NCBI GenBank assembly: GCA_002633005.1
Contig: NMRA01000426.1
Span: 65,481-129,480 of the forward strand
DNA length: 64,000 nt
Direction: 5' to 3'
Source: Phoronis australis
Lineage: Eukaryota; Animalia; Phoronida
The notes below the pieces were generated by a model. That model searched no databases. It saw only the letters and a list, made by a program, of their open reading frames with translations, and had not been told where the DNA came from. Below are positions 12,446 through 26,367 of the stretch, piece after piece. The position numbers and the translations under genes were made by a program. Numbering within the stretch: position 1 is the stretch's first letter; each line of letters opens with the position of its first letter.

Positions 12446-12859
12446 GGGTAGCAATGTAATAGCATCGCCAAGAAATAAATACTGACACTTATTTCCAAAA
12501 GTTTCTAATACCTTAAAAAAGTTTGTGTTATTCTTAAGGGTGAATTATTAAATTAGTACTAATTGGTGTTTTTAAAGTCAATGACTCACTGATAGTGAAC
12601 ACTTCAGCAAACTTACACCCCCCCAAATCTCTCAAAAAATAACTATTAGATTTTCACGCATCCAGTCACCTGGCAACTCAATGACATTGGCCTTAACAAG
12701 ACAATTCTCGAATGTTTTTTTAGCAGATGAGATCAACAAGAGCTAAATAAAACATGTTGTGACTTACTGCTTGTGTTAATTTCCTTGGTAACAATGCACA
12801 CCTAGATCGTTACATCGTGTTTATACCCTGGCAGATGAACCCCACAGGACACTGACGTA

Positions 12860-14335
12860 CAGTATCCTACTGATGCCAAATACCATCTATTTCTATAACT
12901 GGTGTTGAGAAATTAATGAGGGATCTCAACCCTAGTAAGTCTATGGGTCCTGATAACATACACCCACTCATTCTTAAAGCAATACAGACCTATATCACTA
13001 ACCAGTATAGTGTGTAAAATGCTTGAACACATAATTGTCCACACGATTCTAGAGCACTGTGTCTCAAATAACATCATATGTCCAGAACAACAAGGATTGC
13101 GTTTAGCCTTGTTAAACCCAACTGCTGGGCTTCATCGACGAGATTAGTGAGCACGTTGAAAAAGGAAATAGTGTTGATGCTCTCATAATGGATTTTAGTA
13201 AAGCCTTTGATAAGGTAAACCACTCCTTATTGATCCACAAATTAAACCGATACCAAATATCAGGTACTATTAACAACTGGATCGCAAGTTTCCTAACTGG
13301 ACGACAACAAACTGTAGTTGTCAGAGGCGAGAAGTCGTCACGTATACCTGTGGAGTCTGGGGTACCCCAAGGCTCAGTAAGGCCCCTGCTTGTTCCTATT
13401 ATACCTAAACGATATTCCCCTTGGCCAGTCTGCCTAAAATCAGACTATTTGCAGACGATACAATTTGTTACAACATTACTTACTCAGCCGCTGACAGAGA
13501 GGCTCTGCAGAAAGATTTAGATAGTCTTGCTCTGTGGGATGACAAGTGGCTTATGGCTTTCCACCCATACAAGTGCAGTGCCCTCACCCTGACCAGAAAA
13601 CGCCAAATCCAGCTCACCTCCTATGTACTTCACAATCACACGCTAAAGTTGGTCAAGGAGGCTAAATATTTGGGCGTTACCATCTCGCATGACCTCAGAA
13701 TTGGTCATCAGACATAAGCAACATCCAGAAGAAAGCAAACAAAACTCTAGGCTTTCCTCGGCGAAACTTGTGTATAAGCAGCCAACGATACCCAAAAAGA
13801 CATTGCAGCTGTAGGGAAAGTACAGAGAGCTGCTCACTGGGTTATGAGACGATTCAATCGTCTATCCTCAGCCACAAGACGCAAAATCTGTTGGCTGAAA
13901 ATTTTTTACAAATATAATAAGAAGTCGGTGATCATCAACTCTGATGCCCCTTACTGTCTCGGACATCTGTGCCAGAACGTCATCTATTTATAGTATTCAA
14001 ATAAATAGGACAGATTACAAGAAAAAGACATTCTTTCCAAGAACAGTCGCGGACTGGAATAGCTAATGCCGGGCTGCGTTACATCAGTCCCTTCTCTTGA
14101 TATCTTTGTCAGCACGCTATCTGCCTTTCTGAAGTAACATAGTGGGGTGCCTCCATTTGAAGCACCCGCTTACTGACTGCCTTATCTGTTAACGATCTAG
14201 CTATGTTAACCGACCTCTGAAGTGACGACCACTATATATATCCTTTTAAACCCGTTATAGTTGTTCTCGTTTTGTTGATCTTCATTGTTATATAGTGACA
14301 TCTAGAGAGAGTGTGGTCACTTAAACCAAGAAGCT
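12860..14335 (+). mobile_element. 5'-truncated, decayed CR1/L2-group LINE (reverse transcriptase remnant)
   Basis: RT motifs KSMGPDNIHP, PISLTSIVCKMLEHI, MDFSKAFDKVNH, SGVPQGSV, IRLFADD, KYLGVTIS, broken by frameshifts. Confidence 0.88.
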
Positions 14336-15879
14336 GACTAGACGCACGCGCTCGTTCTCTCACTCATGCAGACGAACTTCAAAACAAACATCACGTGACA
14401 ACAACATATGTGTTTGTCCAGTGATTTTTCTTATGTTGTGGAGTACGATCTAGCGCAGATTTGGATTTAATATGTAGTTAATACTGACTACACAGGAACT
14501 TAAAAATCTTAGGGACGCTATTTTGAAACTTAAGGAGGACTTCAGGTAATTTGTTGAGCATTCTAGTTCTTCATATTCAAATGTTCTTTGTATGTATTCT
14601 GAATACACTTCGCAATGTTTAGCACATACCGGTATATTCTCTGACCATGCTACTTTTCCCTCGTGTTTGGCTAAAACGTAAAACTTGTAAATTTAGACCA
14701 AAGTGTACATGTTCACTGGGTCAAAACAGAGTAAAGGTAGATTTTATCTAACCTAACTTTTCAGCTGTAAGGCATAGTTCAAAGGGATGCTGAACTTGGT
14801 AATCCTGTGTGATAAAGCTTACATTGACGCTGATATAACATAATTCCTGATGTTTTGAAAATCTGCAGGAGGCTAATCTGTCCGTCACAGAAAAAATTGT
14901 AAAAAATTGATTCACCTGAGTTGGAATTCTTAAGTTGCATTCATGCGACTAATGCAAGTCGGCTAAAATCATAGAACACATTTCCAAATTTCAAGCAATG
15001 AATAAGAAAGAGGGCAATATTTTGTTAAACAAAGAGTCCTGAAGTATCCTGGAGCATCTAATGGTCAGCTTGTTCAATATTCACTGGGTATGAAGTCAAG
15101 CTTAATTTAGGGCTACGGTCAAGTATCCGACTGCATAATAATGCTATTTTGTGGAAAACACTGTAGAATCCACATTCAAAACAGCTTTTCTCAACCACAA
15201 TTTTGTTGGACAGTTCATAAATGATTGTGCACTTGGACTTATAAGCAACTCAGAGACTATGACAAACGTTATCTAAAACGAGCTCTATGTCATTGTCGTT
15301 TTATTGGTTGACTTGATGAATATCATGTTTAAAATACATGGCACTTACTGCGTGACTGGCTTCCATTGGCAGATTCTGTTACTTGAGCATGCTATTTCCA
15401 TTAAACAGCCCCTTTATTTGCCCATGGGAGTATTTTTGGTATTTTGTCCTAATCTTTTGAAAATCGAATGCATTGTTCTAAAATATGCGTGTAATATTTT
15501 TAGATGCAAAATTGTGTTCATTTTGACCAGACATTTTGTGATCGCATTTTTATTCAACACATCATTTGGTGACATATTGTGTGAGTGTTTAGATAACACA
15601 GCAAAGTATGAAGGTTTTAACTGTTCTGAATACAGAGATAGCGTGAATGAATAACATTCTTACATGAGTGAGATGCAACTATATACATTTAAACAGACAC
15701 GTCACTTTAAAAAATGAGGTTGATTACAACGGATGTTATCAATTTATAAATATAGGCTTAAGCATGTCTTAAACAATGGTTGATCATTCACCAATATTAT
15801 GAAACAGTCTTTTTAAGCCCCATTTACAGATAAGGACTGTTCACTTTTGGTATTCTAAAAACAGTTTTGAGTGACATGT

Positions 15880-16775
15880 GACAATTATGTGCCGTATATG
15901 GATCTCAATACTCCAAATGTGAAATGATCAGAACGAGAGCACTACATATATTTTTAGGGGTCCACAAATATGCTGCCTGTACTTTATGGCGACTCGGGTT
16001 GGCCAAATTCACACTACAAACAACATGAAAATATGCTAAGTCTCTGGAATCGTTTAGTTCTGATGGATGAAAGCAGAATTGCAGAAAAGGTCTTTTTATG
16101 GGACCTTAAACATCGAAACTAGTCAAGTTCAATATTTAAAAATAAGGAGAAGTGCAACTTTTTAGAAGATTTCAGGAACAAGCAAACTGTGTTTCTCAAA
16201 AACTTCAAAACATTCAGGTTCCAGTTAGAACAGTTAAACAGGTTAAAAATAATCACTGAGAAACCAAAACTGTACTTATATAGATAGATTAAGAATGACT
16301 ATTGAGTAGAAGAGTATTTACATCTGCCGGTGTCTCAGAGGTCCGTCATAGCTCGATTGACAGCAGGTATTCTACCATTAGAGGTTGAGGTGAGCGGTAC
16401 TCCAGAATTACAGTGAATGAATGGATTGGTCGTGTTTATAAAAACCGAATTGAAGATGAAGTTCATTTCATTTTTGATTGTGAAAAATTTACTCACATTC
16501 GACCATATTTTATACGGGATTCTGCCCTACCTAAAATATTCCAAAACAACATGAAAGGTCTAGCGAAATTCATTCAAGAGGCTTTGCAGGTTAGAAGTAA
16601 TTGTCTGTTTATAAACTAGTCTGATGTGGTCATGTTTGAGCTAGAGCAATATGTTATGTAATGATTTTATTATTATTAGGTGACTGAGTAAGCCCATTGA
16701 GGCTGAATAATGTGTCTTTGATATTGTATTTACTGGCACCCTTATGTCACTATAATAAATAAATATATATAATAA
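15880..16775 (+). mobile_element. Decayed LINE 3' end (ORF2 C-terminal region)
   Basis: Fragments FLGVHKYA, KPKLYLY, QRSVIARLTAGILPLEVE and IEDEVHFIFDC; ends in an AATAAATAAA(TA)n tail. Confidence 0.7.
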
Positions 16776-16829
16776 TGAAATGTTCAACAGTTTCCAAAAG
16801 TACGCACTCCTTTTTGAAAAACACGCCCG

Positions 16830-18853
16830 AGCATTTATTCGTCGATGTTTTGGAGAATTGCTGTCAGTATAATGGACAATACTGGATCAAATTTAACAGT
16901 GCCAGTTAACTCCACAGTAAACAGGTGGATTGCTTGAGGTATGAACCATCAATTTCAGTCTCATCGAAGTTATCCCTATAACAAACAATGAAAGGACAAT
17001 ATCATTACAAATATTTACAACTAATTTCCTCGCATAATTACTAATTGATTTAGAAACACGTTTTATGCCAATTAACAGACGTAAATGTTCTCAAATTGGC
17101 AAATTAAAAAAATCCTAGCACGCACAGGATCAAACACACACCATTTTTCAGTTATCTTGAATGTCACCTTACGCTTCGGCGCTACCTTGCAATTACATGG
17201 ATGACGACAATGTCACCTTATGCATTAGCACTTGCATGACGGCACCTACCGTTTACTTTGATTCTGTTAAGATTATCTCAAACCTTATTTAGTGGCCTCC
17301 ATTCTAACTCGTATATCAAGCCTTATAGTGGCCTCCATTTTAAACTCGTACATCAAACCTTATTTAGTGGCCTCCCTCCATTCTTAAACTCGTATAACAA
17401 ACCTTATTTAGTGGCCTCCATTTTAACTCGTATATCAAAAAAACTAAGCTTTGTCAACTAGTAACAGTATATATTTTCTGAAAGAAAAAAATCCATCAAT
17501 ATAACGATACTCTTTGTATTAATGCACCATTATTATTTTCACGTAAAAACTTTATTTAATTCAAAATTTCATTTTTATGAAAGATACATTCATAACAAAA
17601 TACCCCCCGGTCGATTTTAAAGAAACCTTTTTTTAAATGAAAACTTCACCAGTTACCTTAAAAATGCTGTTAGGAAATTTTGATTGGTCTTTTCGTTTGG
17701 TTTATACGACAAATCAACTCGCAAAACCTATTTTTGTAAAAAACAGAAGTCGTATTTGTCTTTGTTTCATTACGCAAAAAAACGGCCTTTTTATCAAAAA
17801 TCCTAACAGCATTTCTGAGATTGATGACTAAATATTAAGTTTGGAAAGTTTCAGCGAAATCCAATAAACCGTTTTCGAGAACTAGTGTTCCTAAGTCCAA
17901 ATAAAGTTGAGTTGCCGAAGCCGAGAAAAAGACGATTAAACTGAGACGAGTGAAAATCTTGGTTAATTATTTGGTGAAAACTTGTTTTTCGGTACACATA
18001 GCCAATACATTGGCCTCAACTATGTTCGCTATTTCAACATTCACTCACAATGTCAACTGCTTATGCAATGTGTAATTAACTTAATTATCATTATAACGTA
18101 CCGTTCTCAGCTAATTGCTACTGTTGATTGCGACCTACTTGACCTACTTTTATAGTCATTGTTATACACAGCCTGTACATGTCACGAGACTGACACGAAA
18201 CCAAGAAAGGATGGATAAAAAAAATCGAATCAGTGGTTAAAGCATATTGTTAGAACGAGATCAAAACATTGAAGTCAATTTATTAATTGAATGAAGGAAT
18301 TAGGGTGAGAATTCATCTCTTTTCACAACTTGCTGTGTTCATGACTACAGAGGCCTGAGGCGACTCATAGCATTCGTTCTCAACACCAACGGTCATGTAT
18401 ATGTACATGCGTAACTCCCAGGATCAAAACTACCTTTTTTATTTTCCCCGGCACCATTCTACCATAAGTACATCTCGTTGACTCAATGTTATGGAGACTT
18501 GGTGAATAAAAGGACTGAAAATATATGCTGTTCTGTACCTGGTGGGAGATTCGATTTGTTTGAAAGCCATTTAACCTTTGACCTCGGAGTTGTGCGGTTC
18601 CAAGGTGGTTCTGTTAAATCTTTTTTCTTTCGCTACGCAGTATTTATTTTATATTTGAAGTTCCTCGAGAATGAAGATAAGGTACTTTGCTAGACAAATG
18701 TGAAATATTGTAAAAATGACCAATTTTTGTAAGGTTTGAGATTAATCCTGAACCACTGACTATACAGCATGAAGGGTTCAATTTACTCGGCAGAATTAAC
18801 ATTAATACACTCTGCTCATCACTCATGCAAGTTAAGTTTGTATGAAAGGCCCT
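16830..18853 (-). mobile_element. Diverged inverted PIF/Harbinger-like MITE interrupted by Kolobok-like copy A
   Basis: 16840-17260 matches the reverse complement of 22834-23297; terminus GTATGAAAGGCCCT at 18840-18853. Confidence 0.5.
17271..18748 (+). mobile_element. Kolobok-like non-autonomous element, copy A (more diverged; ~40-bp subterminal repeat expanded x4)
   Basis: Collinear with 19095-20518 and 24458-25876; TTAA upstream; TIR GATTATCTCAAACCTTA. Confidence 0.75.
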
Positions 18854-19072
18854 TACTAGCAGAATAGTGTCTACCAGCTTAACTGGTTTATGACATTGGA
18901 AGTCACCAATATTCTATGAACAAGTACCACTTTATCACCTGTAAATTAGCCACTTTTCCACATGGGTGATTCACAAAGGGATATCAGCTCTGCTTTAATT
19001 GTTTTCTGGCCCTGATATCAACTGTTTACCACAATGACCACAATTTCAATAGCAGGTACTGCTACTCTCTCA

Positions 19073-20976
19073 AGGCCCTTTCACACTGACTTAAGGTTAT
19101 TTCAAACCTTATTTAGTGGCCTCTATTCTAACTCCTATATCAAAAAAACTAAGCTTTGTCAACTAGTAAAAGTATATACTTTCTGAAAGAACAAAGACCA
19201 GGAAATATAAATATACTTTTTGTATTTATTTGTCACTATAATTTTTACATAAAAACCTTTTTTAAGTAAAAATTTCATTTTTTAAGAAAGGTACATTCAT
19301 AGCAAAATAACCCCCTCGGTCGATTTTAACGAAACCTTTTTTAAATGAAAACTTCATCAATTACCTCAAAAACGCTGTAGGAATTTTCGATTAGTTTGTT
19401 CGTTTGGTTTCTATGACAAATAAACTCGCAAAACGTAAGGTATTTTTGTAAAAAATTGAAGTCCTATTCGTCTTTGCCACATTACACAAAAACTAAGCTT
19501 TTATATCAAAAATCCTAACAGCGTTTTTGAGATTGGTAACTAAATATTGAGTTTGGAAAGTTTCAGCGAAATCCATCGAGCCATTTTCGAGAACTCGTGT
19601 TCCTAAGTTCAAATAAAGTCGATTTGCCGAAGCCGAGAAAAAGCCGATTAAACTGGGACACGTGAAAACGTCTAAGTCTTTGGTTAATTATTCTGTGAAA
19701 ACTTGTTTTCGGTATACATAACCTATAGAATCCTTAACTATGTCACCTATTTCAATGTTTTCTTGCAATGTCAACTAATTTTGCAGTGCGTAACTAACTT
19801 AAATATCATTAAAACCTCAAATAGACCTATCTTTCGCAGCCAACTTCTGCCGTTTTGTACGACCTACTTAGAAAAGTAGGTCACAGTTCATAGCCTGTAC
19901 ACGTCACGTGCTGGGAGACTGATACCAAACCAAGTAAGAAATGGATAACAAAAATTGAATTGGTGGTTAAAGTAAGTCGTTAACATGAAATCGAAACATC
20001 GAAATGTAAACTCAATAATTGAATTAAGGAATAAGGGGGAGGATTTATCTCTTTTCACAACTTTCTGTGTTCATGACCAGACTGAGGCCTGAGGCAACTC
20101 GTAGCATTCGTTTTCAACGTCAACGGTCGTATGTATGTAGACGCACAACTCCCTTAGGATCAAAACTACGTTTTGTCTTCGTTTTCCCCGGCACCATTCT
20201 ATCATAAACACACCTCGTTGGTTCAATGTTATGGCGAATTTGTGAATGAAAGGACTGAGGGTATACCGAAGCTGTTCTGTACCTGGCGGGAGACTCAATT
20301 TACTTGAAAGCCATTTAACCTTTGACCTTGGATAAGTGATAAACAAATATCCATGCGGTTGTGCGGTTCCAAGGTGGTTCTGCTAAATCTTTTTTTTCTC
20401 GCTACGCAGTATATATTTCGTATTTGACGTTCCCGAGAATGAAGATAAGGTATTTTGCTAGACACAAGTGAAATATTGTAAAAATGGCCAATTTTTGTGA
20501 ATAAGGTTGTAAATATCCTTAACTCCGGTTTAAGCAGAGCCGTGACGTAAACAGCGCAGTAACTGCGCAGTTAACTGGACCATTCATAGTTTGAATAAGC
20601 ATCAAAGTAAAGGGTAGGTGAAGCTGTCGTCATCGAAGTTATCGCAAGGTAGCACTGCACGCAAAGATTTTTTACAATGTGACGATTTGGGAACATTTAC
20701 ATGTGCTAAATGGCAAACTTATTTTTAAATCGATTAGTTATTATTAGAGCAAAATATAACCAGCTATTAGTGATGACACTACCCTGTAACTGTTGACGAT
20801 AACAGTGGCACCGGTTAACTTCGATTGGACCGAAGTTAACCGTTCATACTGCACCGCATCGTGGATGCTGCGCTACTAAATCCACCTGTTAACTGCGATC
20901 CAGGACCGGAGTTAGTGATCATATTGACTGCAACTCCCCAAACCATCGACGCGTCAACTTTAGTATGAAAGGCCCT
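19073..20976 (+). mobile_element. PIF/Harbinger-like MITE hosting Kolobok-like copy B
   Basis: TIR AGGCCCTTTCACACT / AGTATGAAAGGCCCT; 3-bp TSD TCA. Confidence 0.75.
19095..20518 (+). mobile_element. Kolobok-like non-autonomous element, copy B
   Basis: TTAA TSD, GG..CC termini, TIR GGTTATTTCAAACCTTATT / AATAAGGTTGTAAATATCC; near-identical to copy C. Confidence 0.85.
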
Positions 20977-20999
20977 TCAGGCTGTGCTCTCTCAGGCTT

Positions 21000-21400
21000 C
21001 AGTCAACAACTCCACTCTGACTTCATCTTTGCAAATGAATCAGATGCCATGGCCAATTCCCATCACCATTACTTTGCCATGAAGTGACAGTAGGATGATT
21101 GAAATCATAGCTAAAAGCGCAACAAATGAATGTAGTTTGCAGTGAAGTTAGAGCCTATTGCATCAATGATTGGCCTGCATCTGTTCCTTATCATCTCCCG
21201 TATTCTTCTCATTCTGGAAGAATGGACAGACCATAATCTAGGATGTGCTGGTTTGATGATGGATTTGTTATCCTACAAGGGCCAAAATTTGACCAAAATT
21301 GCCCGATCCTTTGAGAACTTCTTACTTTCCTTAATGTTTATGGGAGATTATAGGAATAGGCATTTTAAACATGGCAGTGAAAGCTAGTATTTTATAACAG
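21000..21400 (-). pseudogene. Possible highly decayed Penelope-type RT fragment
   Basis: Minus-strand DNKSIIKPA..PRL(YGL)..CRPIIDAIGS resembles the IIKPADKG, PRLYGLPK and RPIxSxIGS motifs, assuming an internal deletion. Confidence 0.3.
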
Positions 21401-22833
21401 AAAACTACTAGAGTAGTTGGATAGAGTCTGGTAGACACCACCACATCAGAGTCATAGCATCTCATAGTAGTAGATCACTATGAAGACAAAATTGCTCATC
21501 CATGCAGGGATCCGACAGCAAGCATTTTACCAACTGAGTTGTCATTGGAACAAACGGAGCCAAAAACTACGACGCCGTTACGCTGTTCTGCTGATTGTCA
21601 TGACAACGGACACCACAGTTTCCAGCCATATATCTGCCAATGCTTCAAATTAAGAGAAACGGCGGAAAAAGAGTTTGGTTAAGGCTGAGACGTCCCATTT
21701 GTAACATTGTAAGCACACAACAGTGACACGAAAGACCGAAGCTGTCAGTGCATCTTATTTTAGTCATGGGCGACAGAGATGCAAGTCTGAGATAACCCTC
21801 AACCTCAAGTGACATTTTTCATCGTAGACTAACATCTCAAAAGGGGGACGTTGGTTACTTATCAGTTGACTGTAGTTCTGTAATCATCCTTTAATCATGC
21901 GGAAATGAAATGAAACACATGATATCATGCTAGTTGCTGTTATGAACCAATTCACTGCCAATCACGCTAGTTGCTGTTATGAATCAATTCACTGCCAATC
22001 TTGCATAACTCACAAACATCACATAACAAAATTAACTTTGAAAATAAGATACAACAAATTCAAATAAGTAATACAGTTCTGTAATAGTCTTAATAACTAC
22101 AGATAAAGACTCTAAGCTACTCTCAGGCAGTGACAGTACTTACACAATCATTCACACAAATACTCCCTCACCAATATGGGACAAATTAATGTGAAGTGAA
22201 ACATCTCTGTTCTCTGGATGTTATTACCTATCCAACAAGGTACAGCTGCAGTCAGGCAGTGTAACCTTTGTCATGCTTCACCAACCAATAATGAAGTGTA
22301 AAGCCTGAGTGTGACCTTAACAACCATACAGCCTTCAATCATTCTTCATCACTGACAGCGATGCATCCACACACGGCAACATGGCATCATACACAAGGTC
22401 AAATAACAGCAACTCCATTGCAGACCTCATTCATCAACATAAAACTGTAGCGTATGTTTAAAAGTGTTAAATTTTATGGTATATTTTAATGACTGATCTA
22501 AATTATGAAGTTCACTTCAGAAGCTTCATCTGATACAGCCAATACTTACCCATCTCCTTGTTAACAAGAAACCTCACTTGTTATAATTAAAACACAATCA
22601 GCAATCAATAAAACACCACTAAACACAGTTGGTGGGCTTTGCTACACCTTTAATTATTCCAACCGCAATAACAAAGTGTAGCAGCACAACACTGCAGTGT
22701 TACTGACTTACCAATGTCTCCAACTAACCAGGTATAAATCATTCCACACACCGTTTTAAAATCATTTTCATTAAACCAAGATGGACATTATATTTATATT
22801 AGCATAAGAAAAGTAGACAACTTAAAAATCTTT

Positions 22834-23297
22834 AGGTTCTTTGATACTGACTTAACTCCGGTTTGATAGGAGCGTCGACGTAAACAGCGAAGTTAACTGA
22901 ACCAGCTTGAGTAGTTAACGGACATTGAAGTAACTAGGTGACTCTGTTGTCATTGAAGTAATCGTGACATAGCGCTGATGCACTCTAAGATTTTTTTAAT
23001 GCAACAATTTGCGAACATTTACACATGATAATTGACATAAAACTTATTTCTAATTCAATTGGTGATTATTCGAGCAAAATATAAGCAACTGTTAGCCACG
23101 TCGTTACCCTTTAATTGTTGACAATAACAGCTGACCCTTGGCGACATCTTTGATGAGACCAAAGTTCATACTGCACCTTTTTACCGTGAAGTTAACTGGC
23201 GTTGTTAATTAGCTTCTATCCAGGATCAAAGCTAACCATTCATACTGACTGCAACTCCACTAAACATCGATCCGTCGCCAATAGTATGAAAGGACCT
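22834..23297 (+). mobile_element. PIF/Harbinger-like MITE (uninterrupted copy)
   Basis: Ends AGGTTCTTTGATACT / AGTATGAAAGGACCT, flanked by TTT/TTT; collinear with 20519-20976; single TTAA at 22852-22855. Confidence 0.75.
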
Positions 23298-24457
23298 TTT
23301 GAAACAAAGCCATGTTGCTGCCCTCGAACGTTTGGAGCTAATTTGAAAACTTATAGTTTGTGACCAGGTTCATTCATAAATTCCAACTTTATAAACTGTA
23401 ATATCACACACTAGACTCACACTAGACTTTTAAAGGTATTAGACAAAATGGCTCAAGTATCTGAAAACTTTTAGCCATTTTCAAAAATTATTAGAAAAAT
23501 AGTTTTTCTCTATAGCCTGGTTACGGCGGGAGTATGCCAGCCACATGTTCATGACGTTGACTAAAAAATTGGGCAGAGGCTCTATCCCAGGATTATGCAT
23601 TTCATTGATGTTCCCCAATCGTAGTAAGAATGTTGAGTTTATGGCACGACTTAATATGAGCTGACTGTGAGTCGACACGTGCGTAGGGTTCCTGAAATTA
23701 ATTTTTATTATCAAGTTGCGAAAGCATTTGCCAAGATGGTGAACAGACTTAGCTCTAACATCGCCAGTGGTGCTCAGAATTCGCCAATGGCGAGCTGGCG
23801 AGCGGCTAGTGCGAACCTAAGCCACGATGACTCATCAATTTTGGACAAAAATAACTGTCAAATGTGGACTTTTTTATTTGTCAAAAACTTCTGTTTCTTT
23901 GAATGTACGGAATTCCTCATAAACATTGTCTGACGTAGGTATGGATACTGTAGATATATTAAGAAATAAATTTGTAACAAGTGGCGGTGGGCATTGGAAC
24001 TAATTTCGTAATTAATTAATCGGAAACCATTTCCGATTCAAGGCTCGATTATGAATTGGTTTTGATTGATTTGATTGATAATGTCACTGATCAATACTGA
24101 TAATCCAGCTCCTTATGATAGGTGATCAAAACATTTTGTGTCCTAGGAAACACCAGATGGCACTGCTGTCACGAATGTGATTGTCTCCTATTACGTGTTT
24201 TGTGGGTACCCAAGGAGATATCGTCTCATTTATGGGAATTTTCAAAATTTCAGCAAGATCACATAATCAAATCGATTTCAATTCGATGTTTTTCTTTAGT
24301 GACCAAGGCGATGACAACTTGCTGATATAAGTTCTAAAAGGATTTTATAATGACAAATAAAATAAATGTTAATGCAAGAACATCTACATATTTACCATTC
24401 ATCTACAAGAGCATGAATATAGCGACCAGTTTCTATACAACAATTGCAGTGACTTAA

Positions 24458-25876
24458 GGTTATTTCAAACCTTATTTAGTAGCCTCTATTCTAACTCGTA
24501 TATCAAAAAACTAAGCTTTGTCAACTAGTAAAAGTATATACTTTCTGAAAGAACAAAGACCAGGAAATATAAATATACTTTTGTATTTATTTGTCATTAT
24601 TTTTTACGTAAAGACCTTTTTTAAGTAAAAACTTCATCTTTAAGAAAGGTACATTCATAACAAAATAAGCCCTCGGTCAAATTTAACGAAACCTTTTTAA
24701 ATGAAAACTTCATCAATTACCTCAAAAACGCTGTTAGAAATTTTCGATTAGTTTGTTCGTTTGGGTTCTATGACAAATAAACTCGCAAAACCTAAGGTAT
24801 TTTTGTAAACAATTGAAGTCGTATTCGTCTTTGCCACATTACACAACAACTAAGCTTTTATATCAAAAATCCTAACAGCGTTTTTGAGATTAGTGACTAA
24901 ATATTAAGTTTGGAAAGTTTCAGCGAAATCCATCGAGCCATTTTTGAGAGCTCGTGTTCCTAAGTTCAAATAAAGTCGATTTGCCGAAGACGAGAAAAAG
25001 CCGATCACACTGGGACACGTGAAAGTCTCTAAGTCTTTGGATAATTATTCTGTGAAAACTTGTTTTCGGTATACATAACCTATAGAATCCTTAACTATAT
25101 CACCTATTTCAATGTTTTCTTGCAATGTCAACTAATTTTGCAGTGCGAAACTAACTTAAATATCATTAAAACCTCAAATAGACCTATCTTTCGCAGCCAA
25201 CTTCTGCCGTTTTGTACGACCTACTTAGAAAAGTAGGTTACAGTTCATAGCCTGTACACGTCACGTGCTGGGAGACTGATACCAAACCAAGTAAGAAATG
25301 GATAACAAAAATTGAATTGGTGGTTAAAGTAAGTCATTAACGTGAAATCGAAACATCAAAATGTTAACTCAATAATTGAATTAAGGAATAAGGGAGAGGA
25401 TTTATTTCTTTTCACAACTTTCTGTGTTCATGACCAGACTGAGGCCTGAGGCAACTCGTAGCATTCGTTTTTCAACGTCAACGGTCGTATGCATGTAGAC
25501 GCACAACTCCCTTAAAATCAAAACTACGTTTTGTCTTCGTTTTCCCCGGCACCATTCTATCATAACCACACCTCGTTGGTTCAATGTTATGGCGAATTTG
25601 TGAATGAAAGGATTGAGGGTATACCGAAGCTGTTCTGTACCTGGCGGGAGACTCGATTTACTTGAAAGCCCTTTAACCTTTGACCTTGGATAAGTGATAA
25701 ACAAATATCCACGCGGTTGTGCGGTTCCATGGTGGTTCTGCTAAATCTTTTTTTCTCGTTACGCAGTATATATTTCGTATTTGAAGTTCCCCGAGAATGA
25801 AGATAAGGTATTTTGCTAGACACAAGTGAAATATTGTAAAAATGGCCTATTTTTGTGAATAAGGTTGGAAATATCC
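24458..25876 (+). mobile_element. Kolobok-like non-autonomous element, copy C
   Basis: TTAA TSD; TIR GGTTATTTCAAACCTTATT / AATAAGGTTGGAAATATCC. Confidence 0.85.
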
Positions 25877-26367
25877 TTAAGATAGGCCTAGGGATATTGT
25901 GCTCAGGATGTGATAAATTGAATTTTATATGCGCTAACTGCAAAGCGATACCGAAGCTAGTTTACAGTGAAACAACACATGCAGTTTGAGATAAATGGTC
26001 ATATATATTATGACAAACTAAACTACTACAGATATCAGTAATTACAAAAGTTATATAACATGTTGAACTGTAAATTAAGGTGGGTGACAATCTGCCAAGA
26101 TACGTTAGTGTGCATTCAGACAGTTTGTTTCTCACGTTATGTATATTACAACTACTCATTTAGCCATCTGCTATTTTCTGAGAAAGTCAACTTTTCAGAG
26201 ATTTCCTAATCTACCGGTAAATACATCAAAATTTTACGCAAAACTTTCATTCTGTTAAATAGCATTTTTAAAGATCTTTTGGTTCAAGAACTCGGTACTG
26301 TGATAAAAATTCAACAGTAAGACTTTTGCCAAAGAATCTAGAAGTCTTGATACCTGATAAAGTAGTA

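Larger units (their letters stand above)
11811..14560 (-). mobile_element. Diverged inverted copy of the 26368-27774 TIR family, with HIRAN-like remnant, split by a LINE insertion
   Basis: Left end CTGTATTCACTCCAATAAGCGCCCA after TA; blocks at 11811-12700 and 14340-14560 are collinear with the reverse complement of 26700-27774. Confidence 0.75.

Noticed and set aside
14600-15700. Coding exons or an ORF remnant
   Set aside because: No recognisable motifs or consistent splice sites on either strand.
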